Of a stretch of DNA of 64,000 bases, positions 1 through 7,004 are shown piece after piece (positions within the stretch are counted from its first letter, which is position 1; each line of letters starts with the position of its first letter). Where the stretch lies: positions 1,940-65,939 of the forward strand of contig CAMDDJ010000012.1 of assembly GCA_945891385.1 (NCBI GenBank), in the 5' to 3' direction. A program made the translations under genes and the position numbers. This stretch comes from Candidatus Kuenenia stuttgartensis (GTDB lineage: Bacteria > Planctomycetota > Planctomycetia > Pirellulales > UBA1268). Below the pieces are notes generated by a model. That model searched no databases. It had not been told where the DNA came from and saw only the letters and a list, made by a program, of their open reading frames with translations.

Positions 1-468
1 GCCGACGCCCATCTTGAGTCGCGAGAGGTGGGTCCACATCCGCTTGAGCCGCGGGAGTGAGTATTCGAGCTGGGCCAACTCCACCGCCAGCCGGGCCTCG
101 TAGGTCCGGGCCCGGGCTGCGAAGATGTCGAGAATCAGTTCCGACCGATCGATCACCTTCACGCTCAAGGCCCGTTCCAGGTTGCGGGTCTGAGCCGGCG
201 AGAGATCGTTGTCGAAGATCACGACGTCGGCGTCATGGTGCTCCACGAGGCCGGTCAGTTCCTGCACCTTGCCTTTGCCGAGGTAGGTGGTCTGGTCGGG
301 GTGATCCCGCCGCTGCACGAGTTCGGCCACCACCTCCGTACCCGCGGTGGCGGCCAGCCCCGCCAGTTCGGCGAGCGGCCGATCGGGATCGACCGGCGGC
401 TCGAGCAGCACGCCCACCAGGATTGCCCGTTCAGGCTCGGCGCGGTCGAGTCGCGAGGGGTCTCTCAT
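1..468 (-). CDS. hflX: GTPase HflX, N-terminal part (C-terminal part lies beyond window coordinate 1)
   Basis: Not in the ORF track because it is open at the window edge. My translation of the minus strand from ATG (468-466) gives MRDPSRLDRAEPERAILVGVLLE...DLSPAQTRNLERALSVKVIDRSELILDIFAARARTYEARLAVELAQLEYSLPRLKRMWTHLSR, the conserved HflX N-terminal domain. ATGA start/stop overlap with rsgA. Confidence 0.85.
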   Translation of the reverse strand, partial: MRDPSRLDRAEPERAILVGVLLEPPVDPDRPLAELAGLAATAGTEVVAELVQRRDHPDQTTYLGKGKVQELTGLVEHHDADVVIFDNDLSPAQTRNLERALSVKVIDRSELILDIFAARARTYEARLAVELAQLEYSLPRLKRMWTHLSRLKMGVG

Positions 469-1604
469 GGTTCCGCGGTGTCCCAGGTGTCTCCGCAGGT
501 CAGCTGGCAGCAGCTTTCCCAGCGGCGCGTGTCGAGCAGGCCGTCGGCCACAGCGTCTTTTACGGCGCATCCAGCTTCGTGGCTGTGGGTGCAGTCGGGG
601 AAGCGGCAGTGATTCGCCAGCGGACGCAGGTCGCGGAACGCCGCCGGCACCTCGGCCGACACCAGTTCCCACGGCTGAAATTGCCGCACGCCCGGGGTGT
701 CGACGAAGCAGCCTCCGAAGCGATGGGGAAGGAGCCGCGCGGTCGTGGTGGTGTGCTTTCCTTTCTCGTTCTCCCGGCTCACTTCTCCCACGGTGAGCCG
801 CAGGTCGGGGTCGAGCGCATTGAGCAGCGACGACTTGCCCACGCCGCTCTGACCCACCACGGCCGTCACCTTGCCGGTGAGTTCTGCGGCGAGCCGGGCC
901 AGGCCCAGGCCGCTGGTGGCCGAGGCGAGCACCACGGGATAGCCCATCCGGGCGAACACGCCGGCCAGCGGCACGACCGTCGCCGGGCTGATCAAATCGA
1001 GCTTGTTGATGCAGATCAGCGGACGGATGCCCGCCAGTTCGGCCGCCACGAGCAGCCGATCGAACAGGCCGGGCTTGAGATCGGGCAACGCGGCGCTGCC
1101 GATGATCAGGAGCTGGTCGACGTTGGCCACGATCACGTGCCGCCGGCCGCGGCTGTCGCGCGAGAGGGATGTGCGCCGCGGCTCGATCGCCTCGATGGTG
1201 CCTTCCTCCCCGGTGCCAGTGGCCTGGACCCAATCACCAGCCACGAGCGGATGTCGCTGGTCGGTGGCCAGCGTCCGCAGCACCCGCCGCAGGGTGCAGC
1301 GGATCACTCGTCCGGCTTCGTCTTGAACGAGGCTCTCAAGGCCATGGACGTGAAGCACCCGGCCCCGCCATGACCCGGCGGCGAATGGGGCGACCGAGAG
1401 GCCGTCCACTGGTCCGACGACCTCGGCCTCCACCATGACGGTCCGCTTGCGGGTCAGCGAGCCTTTGCCGGAAATCCGTTCGCCAGACACCTGGTCGGCG
1501 ACGGCATCCGGGTCGGCATCGACGGCCCTGGTCAGGTCGCCGCTCCGCCTGCGGCCCGATCGATTCTTGCGAAACTCGATCCGGAGCTTGCGAGGTCGCG
1601 GCAT
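465..1604 (-). CDS. rsgA: Ribosome small-subunit-dependent GTPase A
   Basis: 379-aa ORF with a circularly permuted GTPase (NKLDL ... GQSGVGKSSLLNAL ... DTPG) and a C-terminal zinc motif CRFPDCTHSHEAGCAV typical of RsgA/YjeQ. Confidence 0.9.
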   Translation of the reverse strand: MPRPRKLRIEFRKNRSGRRRSGDLTRAVDADPDAVADQVSGERISGKGSLTRKRTVMVEAEVVGPVDGLSVAPFAAGSWRGRVLHVHGLESLVQDEAGRVIRCTLRRVLRTLATDQRHPLVAGDWVQATGTGEEGTIEAIEPRRTSLSRDSRGRRHVIVANVDQLLIIGSAALPDLKPGLFDRLLVAAELAGIRPLICINKLDLISPATVVPLAGVFARMGYPVVLASATSGLGLARLAAELTGKVTAVVGQSGVGKSSLLNALDPDLRLTVGEVSRENEKGKHTTTTARLLPHRFGGCFVDTPGVRQFQPWELVSAEVPAAFRDLRPLANHCRFPDCTHSHEAGCAVKDAVADGLLDTRRWESCCQLTCGDTWDTAEP

Positions 1605-1621
1605 GAAGGCTCGCCAAGGCG

Positions 1622-2062
1622 TCAGGACGTGGATCGCCGCGACCGGTCGCCGGTCGATCGGGAGTCTGACGGCCGCCGCCCCTCGAGGCCAGCCGCTTCG
1701 AGCAGCGACCGGCTGAAGATACTCTCTTCTCGCGTCTTCTCCTCGGGCCGCGTCGCCGCGCCGAGCCGCGACGGATCGAAGGCGATCTCGTATTCGTGGT
1801 TCGCGATCGTGAGCTTGTCGCCGGGCTTGAGTTGCTGCTCGCTCACGCGGGTGCCGTTGACCTTCGTGCCATTGCTACTGCGAAGATCTTTGACCGACCA
1901 ATAGCCGTCACCAAGCGTCAGTTCGCAGTGGTGCCCGGACACGTTGGGAAACCGGAGCACGATGTCCGCTCCTTCCCGTCGGCCGACGATCAGGTCGGGC
2001 TTGAGCAGCGGAATCGGATCACCTCCGCCGAGCGGGAGAAGTTCGCCGTACATCAAGGTCAT
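1622..2062 (-). CDS. FHA domain-containing protein
   Basis: FHA signature: IVGRREGADIVLRFPNVSGHHCELTLGDGYWSVKDLRSSNGTKVNGTRV. The likely start is the ATG at 2062 (MTLMYGELLPLGGG); the track ORF extends to 2230. Confidence 0.8.
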   Translation of the reverse strand: MTLMYGELLPLGGGDPIPLLKPDLIVGRREGADIVLRFPNVSGHHCELTLGDGYWSVKDLRSSNGTKVNGTRVSEQQLKPGDKLTIANHEYEIAFDPSRLGAATRPEEKTREESIFSRSLLEAAGLEGRRPSDSRSTGDRSRRSTS

Positions 2063-2290
2063 TCCGTATCGGGGTCGCCACGTGGGGGGAGGGCGGCCGT
2101 CCTCGGCCCGGTACCCTTCGTCGCACACCCGCCTTCTTGGAAGGTATGCAGGGTCTGTCGGAGGGTCAAGTTGGTGGCACTGGTCGACGCCGAGCCGAGG
2201 GGACTCATCCGCGTTCGGCCATTTCTGCATGCCCGCTGCCTCCCGACGCGTGGCGGCTGCGTCGCGGCTTATACTTCGAGGCGTTGAGGA

Positions 2291-2700
2291 ACTGGAGCGG
2301 ACCGGGTGATCGCCGGCCGTGGCCTCTGGGTCGCGGCGGGAGGAAAGTCCGGGCTCCGCAGGGCAGGGTGGTGGGTAACGCCCACCGGCCGTGAGGTCAG
2401 GGAAAGTGCAACAGAGAGGAGACCGCCTCCGGGGTTCGCCCCGAAGGTAAGGGTGAAACGGTGAGGTAAGAGCTCACCAGCAGGCCGGGTGACCGGCCTG
2501 GCTCGGCAAACCCCACTCGGAGCAAGGCCAAGCAGGAAGAAGTTCGTTCCCTCGGGAACGACGCGGGGCTGCCCGTCCCGCCCCCGCTTCCGGGTCGGCC
2601 GCTCGAGGCCCCGGGCAACCGTCGGGCCCTAGAGAAATGGTCACCCCCCGGGGCCGCGAGGCCACGGGGACAAAACCCGGCTTACAGGTCCGCTCCAGTT
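2291..2700 (+). ncRNA. rnpB: Bacterial RNase P RNA, type A
   Basis: Universally conserved blocks are present: GGAGGAAAGTCCGGGCTCC, GGGTAACGCC, GGAAAGTGCAACAGAGAG, GGTAAGGGTGAAA, GGTGAGGTAAGAGCTCACCAG and ACAAAACCCGGCTTA. The P1 helix is GGAGCGGACC (2294-2303) pairing with GGTCCGCTCC (2687-2696). Track ORFs 2397-2618 and 2474-2770 fall inside it and are not genes. Confidence 0.9.
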
Positions 2701-3161
2701 TCCTCGCGGTCTCCGCCGCCGGCCATCTCTCGGTCGGCTGTTCCCGAGAGGTCCTGCTGGTCCCGCTCATCGAGCAGTTTCATCAGTTTCGAGATGCACA
2801 GGGTGTTGACGCTGACCCGCATCAGTCCCGCCTCGTTCTTCAGGGTCTCGTGAAGCGAGCGGGGCATCCGGACGGTCACGACCCGCTGGGCTTCCCGCTC
2901 GGCCGGGCGTTCCTGCTGCCGGCTCCGGAGTGCGTCGAGCATCTCCCGAATCCGGGCGTACTGCGGCGAGCACTCGAAGCGGATCAGCGACTCCGGGTCG
3001 CTGAAGGTTCGGCGCACCATCCCGTCCACGCCGAGAATCTCCCGGAAGAAGACCACCCATTCCGGATCCATGCCGTACAGCCGTTCGGCAACCTGGAGAA
3101 CGGCGGCGGCCTGGTGGGTTTCGGTGGGGTATGTCGAGGCGGACTTCGTGGTGGTGGCCAT
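2682..3161 (-). CDS. Hypothetical protein with C-terminal ribbon-helix-helix (HicB/Arc-like) DNA-binding motif
   Basis: ATG at 3161 (MATTTKSASTYP...). The C-terminal segment VTVRMPRSLHETLKNEAGLMRVSVNTLCISKL resembles the RHH/HicB-antitoxin-type fold. The 3' end overlaps the 3' end of rnpB convergently. Confidence 0.5.
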   Translation of the reverse strand: MATTTKSASTYPTETHQAAAVLQVAERLYGMDPEWVVFFREILGVDGMVRRTFSDPESLIRFECSPQYARIREMLDALRSRQQERPAEREAQRVVTVRMPRSLHETLKNEAGLMRVSVNTLCISKLMKLLDERDQQDLSGTADREMAGGGDREETGADL

Positions 3162-3513
3162 GGGAAACCTTTTCGTGACGTGGGCTTTTCGAACTGGACG
3201 ATCTCTCGCAGGCCGGCACCGTTGGGGTCTCGGCGTCTCCCGCTGCAGAACCTTGTGCCACTGGTCAAGTGACAGCATGAAGTGCTTGCTGCGCAAGGAC
3301 TTATGCCTCGCCGGCAGGGCGTGCCTCGCGAACTGGCATCCATGCTCGATTCGCAGGCAGCCTGGGGGCTGCCCGGAAAGCAGGCAGTGGCACGGATTCG
3401 CATGTACCAATTGTCCGGCTCGGAACGCCGGCCCAAACAAGATTCAAGCCACCGGGTTTTCCCAGTTTGACACGCTGTGTCTCGTCCCCTGTTCGGGCCT
3501 TCCCATCCGCCCG

Positions 3514-3636
3514 CGTCCGCCGACCCCCGAGCCTCCCGGTCAAACGAAGTTCGTCGGCTCGGGTGCGGCAAAAGTCGCGTCGCGGGCGAGGATACGCCCC
3601 GATTGCTCCGCGAGCGTTCGCCGACCCCCGAGCCTC
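3514..3636 (+). repeat. Palindromic intergenic repeat, copy 1 (1.3 units: partial 3' motif + linker + full 79-bp core at 3556-3634)
   Basis: Core: GGCTCGGGTGCGGCAAAAGTCGCGTCGCGGGCGAGGATACGCCCCGATTGCTCCGCGAGCGTTCGCCGACCCCCGAGCC. It has terminal inverted repeats (GGCTCGGG.../...CCCGAGCC) and an inner hairpin GGGCG-AGGATA-CGCCC. The same sequence recurs at 22275, 29978-30246 (reverse), 47443 and 59873. Confidence 0.85.
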
Positions 3637-3671
3637 CTTGTGCCGGGGGGCGATGGTGTGCCGCCGGCGAT

Positions 3672-4631
3672 TCAGCTGCCCGAGAAGGACGCAGCTACGA
3701 GGCTGGGCTCAAGGCTGCCGAAGCGGTGGGTCGCCCCGGTGTTGAGGTTGAGGAATTCAAGCCGGGCGGGGGCAAACAGGGCCGGGTCGATCCGGTAGAA
3801 GTCGCGGCCGGCCGCCTCGAAGATCTCGAGGAAGGAGCGGCCGGCAGCCGGGGAGTTCCCGCTGACGCCGCGCGGACCGACCGCGACCAGGCTGGCGTCG
3901 TCACCGACGACCTCGAGCCTGACGCTGCCGCCGTAGAGGATCGCGTCGTTGGTGCGGCCGATGGCTGCAAGATCGTTGCCGGCCACGGGTGGAAGGGGCG
4001 CCACCCCCGTGCCGCTGCGGATTCGAGCGAGATCGAAGCCGCAGTCGTGGAGTTTATGCAGCGCCGTCTCCAGCGATCGCGCTACGATCTGGACGGTACC
4101 GGCCCGGCTTGCCGTTCGGGCTACCACCAGGATCAGGCGGTCGGGGCTGACGCCGGCGGCCGCCGCCAGTTCGACGCAGACCTCCGGCGGCGGGAGTGTG
4201 GCGGTTTCAAGCACGCCCACGGCGACCTCGGGGTTCTCCCGCATCCCGATCGTGTCAAACAGTTCCTCCCGACCGATCGCAGCGCGGATCGGGCCGCTGG
4301 CCATCGCGAAGAACCGACCCCTCGAGACCCGCCAGCCGGCGTACTGGGAGGCTAGGCAGGCCGGGACCGGCGCGGCACTCGTCACCCCCACGCTCGGCCA
4401 TGGGCAGCCGGGCCAGGCAGGCTCGGCGGCGTCCGGGGGCCGCAGCCCGACGTCCGCCAGGCCGGCGAGAGAGGCCAGGGCCATTCCGATCCCGGCGGCG
4501 TCGCATCCGGGGGCGTGGACCCCGCAGTCGAGCACCCTCGCGCCGCCGATCGAATGGATCTGGGCGTTCAAGTCTGCCGCTTGGCGGAGGAGCTCCTCCG
4601 CGATTGTGAACGCCCGGTGATTCAGCTGCAT
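3672..4631 (-). CDS. mch: Methenyltetrahydromethanopterin cyclohydrolase
   Basis: ~320 aa. The N-terminal pattern LNHRAFTIAEELLRQAADLNAQIHSIGGARVLDCGVHAPGCDAAGIGMALASLAGLADVGL matches my recollection of the Mch family layout (LN..A...........L.......G..v.D.Gv...G...AG......CLGGLG). Start is ATG 4631, or alternatively GTG 4667. Confidence 0.75.
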   Translation of the reverse strand: MQLNHRAFTIAEELLRQAADLNAQIHSIGGARVLDCGVHAPGCDAAGIGMALASLAGLADVGLRPPDAAEPAWPGCPWPSVGVTSAAPVPACLASQYAGWRVSRGRFFAMASGPIRAAIGREELFDTIGMRENPEVAVGVLETATLPPPEVCVELAAAAGVSPDRLILVVARTASRAGTVQIVARSLETALHKLHDCGFDLARIRSGTGVAPLPPVAGNDLAAIGRTNDAILYGGSVRLEVVGDDASLVAVGPRGVSGNSPAAGRSFLEIFEAAGRDFYRIDPALFAPARLEFLNLNTGATHRFGSLEPSLVAASFSGS

Positions 4632-4730
4632 GCGAGGCCTTTTTTCGATGCCATAATGCGTCGCCACCCGTGGCAGGGCAATGATCCTGCCTGCGTTCCG
4701 CCCGTTTCATCCCCTTTCGGACCTTTCGCC

Positions 4731-5402
4731 GTGGCCAGCCTGACCGTCGAGAACTATGCGAAGACCATCTACCAGCTCACCGCGGCCCAGGATGGACGGC
4801 CCGCGAGCACCGGGCAGATTGCCACCGCTCTCGGCGTGGCTCCCGGCACGGTCACGAGCATGCTCAAGACGCTCGACGCGGCCCGGTTGGCGACCCATCG
4901 ACGGTACGGCGGGGTGGAGCTGACCCGGGCCGGGCGGATGCTGGCCCTGCGGGTGATTCGGCGGCACCGGCTGATCGAGTTGTTTCTGATGCGGACGCTC
5001 GACATGACCTGGGACGAGGTGCACGACGAAGCCGAACACATGGAGCACGCGGTCAGCGACCTGTTGGTGGAGAGGATCGACGCCTTTCTCGGGAGGCCCG
5101 AGGTCGATCCCCACGGCGACCCGATTCCGGCGGCCGATGCCCACAGCCTCTCCGCAGGTGACGATGCTGCGAGTCGGCTCCTGACCGAGTGTGACTCCGG
5201 CGAGAACTTTCGGCTCGCCCGCGTGATCGATCAGTCACCGGAATTCCTCCGGTATCTGACCGACTGCGGCCTGGCGCTGGGCACGGTCGGCGCGGTCGAG
5301 GGGCATTCCGAAGGCGCGGGGCTGATGCAGATCCGCGTGGCGGGCCGGGAGCTGTCGCTCTCACTCGATGCCGCCGGGAAGTTGGTCGTGGTCGCGGGGT
5401 GA
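4731..5402 (+). CDS. DtxR/MntR-family metal-dependent transcriptional regulator with C-terminal FeoA/SH3-like domain
   Basis: SLTVENYAKTIYQL...STGQIATALGVAPGTVTSMLKTL...LTRAGRMLALRVIRRHRLIELFL...WDEVHDEAEHMEHAVS...DPHGDPIP. The start is uncertain: GTG 4731 is preferred, ATG 4656 is possible, and track start 4515 would overlap mch. Confidence 0.8.
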   Translation: MASLTVENYAKTIYQLTAAQDGRPASTGQIATALGVAPGTVTSMLKTLDAARLATHRRYGGVELTRAGRMLALRVIRRHRLIELFLMRTLDMTWDEVHDEAEHMEHAVSDLLVERIDAFLGRPEVDPHGDPIPAADAHSLSAGDDAASRLLTECDSGENFRLARVIDQSPEFLRYLTDCGLALGTVGAVEGHSEGAGLMQIRVAGRELSLSLDAAGKLVVVAG

Positions 5403-5425
5403 GCGGACCGACTCGCTGCAGCCGG

Positions 5426-5935
5426 TCAGCCGGCGACGTCTTGTTCCCACACCCCCGACTGCCCGAGGCATTCATCCACGGCGACCCGCAGCATTCCAAG
5501 CGGGGGCAGGTCTTGGGCTTCGAGTCGTGCAAGCAGTTCCTGGCCGATCCACCGGGCGAGCCATTCGGCAGTGGTGTTGGCGATCGGGAGCAGAGCACAT
5601 TCCACGGCGGGAAACACCCAACGGCGGTCGGCGAATCGCACCGTCACTTCGTCGTTGCCGAGCGGCCCAGGCCCGGTCGAGACATCGAGGAATCGGCTCG
5701 TCGTCGGCAGGAGCATCCGGTGATCGAGCTGGCCGATGATCGCCGTAACGCAATCCCGCAGGGCGATGAAGTCGACCACCATGCCGTGCGGGTCGGGTGC
5801 TCCGGCCACGTCGATTCCCACCGTCCAATTATGGCCATGAATCGGCTCGCAGAGCTGGTCGTTCAGGGTGATGAAATGACCGGCGGAGAAGACGTGGACC
5901 GCCTTGCGGAGCGCGACCTGGAAGCGTTGAGTCAT
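5426..5935 (-). CDS. 6-pyruvoyl-tetrahydropterin synthase / QueD-family protein
   Basis: 169 aa with FSAGHFI....CEPIHGHNW.V...V....D..GMVVDF, the typical PTPS/QueD His/Cys motif arrangement. ATGA-type overlap (5932-5935) with the upstream CitG-like gene. Confidence 0.7.
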   Translation of the reverse strand: MTQRFQVALRKAVHVFSAGHFITLNDQLCEPIHGHNWTVGIDVAGAPDPHGMVVDFIALRDCVTAIIGQLDHRMLLPTTSRFLDVSTGPGPLGNDEVTVRFADRRWVFPAVECALLPIANTTAEWLARWIGQELLARLEAQDLPPLGMLRVAVDECLGQSGVWEQDVAG

Positions 5936-6870
5936 CGGGTGTTCTCTGGGAACGGCGGGGGTGTGGCGAATGGCAGCGCGGGCCGGAGGCTGCCGTCCGC
6001 GAGCAGAATATAGAGGGCGGCCGCCACGAGGTCGGCCGTGGTGCCGGGATTGAGCCGGTTTGGGCTGCGCAGAGACGAGTCGAAGGCTGCGATCTCGTCT
6101 GACCAGCCGCCGCCGGTTCGGCCGGCAACCAATCGGGCGGCACGCTGTCGAACATGCTCCGCCGCGGCGGCTCCGTGCCGCCGGGCGATCAGTGAATCAG
6201 GCTCTCGGGCGAGCTGTCGCAGAAAGGCGTCGAGGATCGCGTCATTCAGCGGGCGGCCAGCGGCCACGGCGCGGGCGAGGTCGGCGACAGGGCCGTCGAA
6301 CAGGTCGTGGAAGCCCTCCGCCCAGAGGCGGGCGATCGTATCGCGATCGGCGGCATGCCGCATGGCGGCCCGGATGTCGGGCGGGGGTGGCTCGGCCAGA
6401 TCCCAGCGGTCGCTGCGGCCCAGGCCGCCGGGCCGCGCCAGGGCGATTGCCTCCCAGATGGCGGCTGCGTCGGCTTGACCAAGCGTGGTCAATACGGCTT
6501 CCACGCTGGCCGGCGTCGGTCCGGTGCTCGCCGTCGCCAGAGGCGCGATCAGCAGCACGATGCCCAGATTGGCGTTGGAGCGGGTGACGGCAGTCCCGCT
6601 GCGAACCGCGGCGAGGACGGTTTGTCCCAGCGGTGACCGCGGAGCTGCCTCCATCGCCGGGGCGGTTGCGACCGCCGCCGCCACGAGGTCAGCGAAGGTC
6701 AAATCGGGGAACGAACGGCCCGGGGAGACGTTTCCCGGCTTGGCGGTCGCGGCTTCGAGGATGCCCGCCACCGCGGCGCACCAGCCGCAGCTCCACGGTT
6801 GGCTCCCAGCCGGAAGCCTCGCCAGGGCGGTCTGGCACGCGGTCGCGAAGTCGGGAATGTCGGGCGGCAT
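5932..6870 (-). CDS. Triphosphoribosyl-dephospho-CoA synthase (CitG/MdcB)-family protein
   Basis: AKPGNVSPGRSFPDLTFADL, NANLGIVLLIAPLA and NPGTTADLVAAALYILL resemble the CitG-family motifs (KPGLV...F.DM; NTN.G..LL..PL; TTADL). ATG at 6870 (MPPDIPDF...). Confidence 0.65.
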   Translation of the reverse strand: MPPDIPDFATACQTALARLPAGSQPWSCGWCAAVAGILEAATAKPGNVSPGRSFPDLTFADLVAAAVATAPAMEAAPRSPLGQTVLAAVRSGTAVTRSNANLGIVLLIAPLATASTGPTPASVEAVLTTLGQADAAAIWEAIALARPGGLGRSDRWDLAEPPPPDIRAAMRHAADRDTIARLWAEGFHDLFDGPVADLARAVAAGRPLNDAILDAFLRQLAREPDSLIARRHGAAAAEHVRQRAARLVAGRTGGGWSDEIAAFDSSLRSPNRLNPGTTADLVAAALYILLADGSLRPALPFATPPPFPENTR

Positions 6871-7004
6871 GCGAGGAATCTGTGAGTCTCGTGAGCGGCC
6901 GATGGTGGCCCGGGGAGCGAGGCTACACTGGGCCACCCGGGTTGGCGATCGCCGCAATGGGCGGCATCGCAAACCGGAGTGCTACCACAGTCAGAGAGAT
7001 CAGG

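Noticed and set aside
2397-2770. ORFs 2397-2618(-) and 2474-2770(-) as protein genes.
   Set aside because: They are fully contained in, or overlap, the RNase P RNA gene, whose conserved motifs are unambiguous.
3467-3745. Recurrent peptide '...ARGRQKSRRGRGYAPIAPRAFADP...' in track ORFs at 3467-3745, 22264-22536, 29898-30407(-), 46381-48009(-) and 58997-59920(-), suggesting a conserved small protein.
   Set aside because: The peptide is simply the translation of the nucleotide repeat. It appears on different strands relative to the element, within ORFs lacking consistent starts and stops, and the element has strong hairpin symmetry. A DNA/RNA-level element explains it better.
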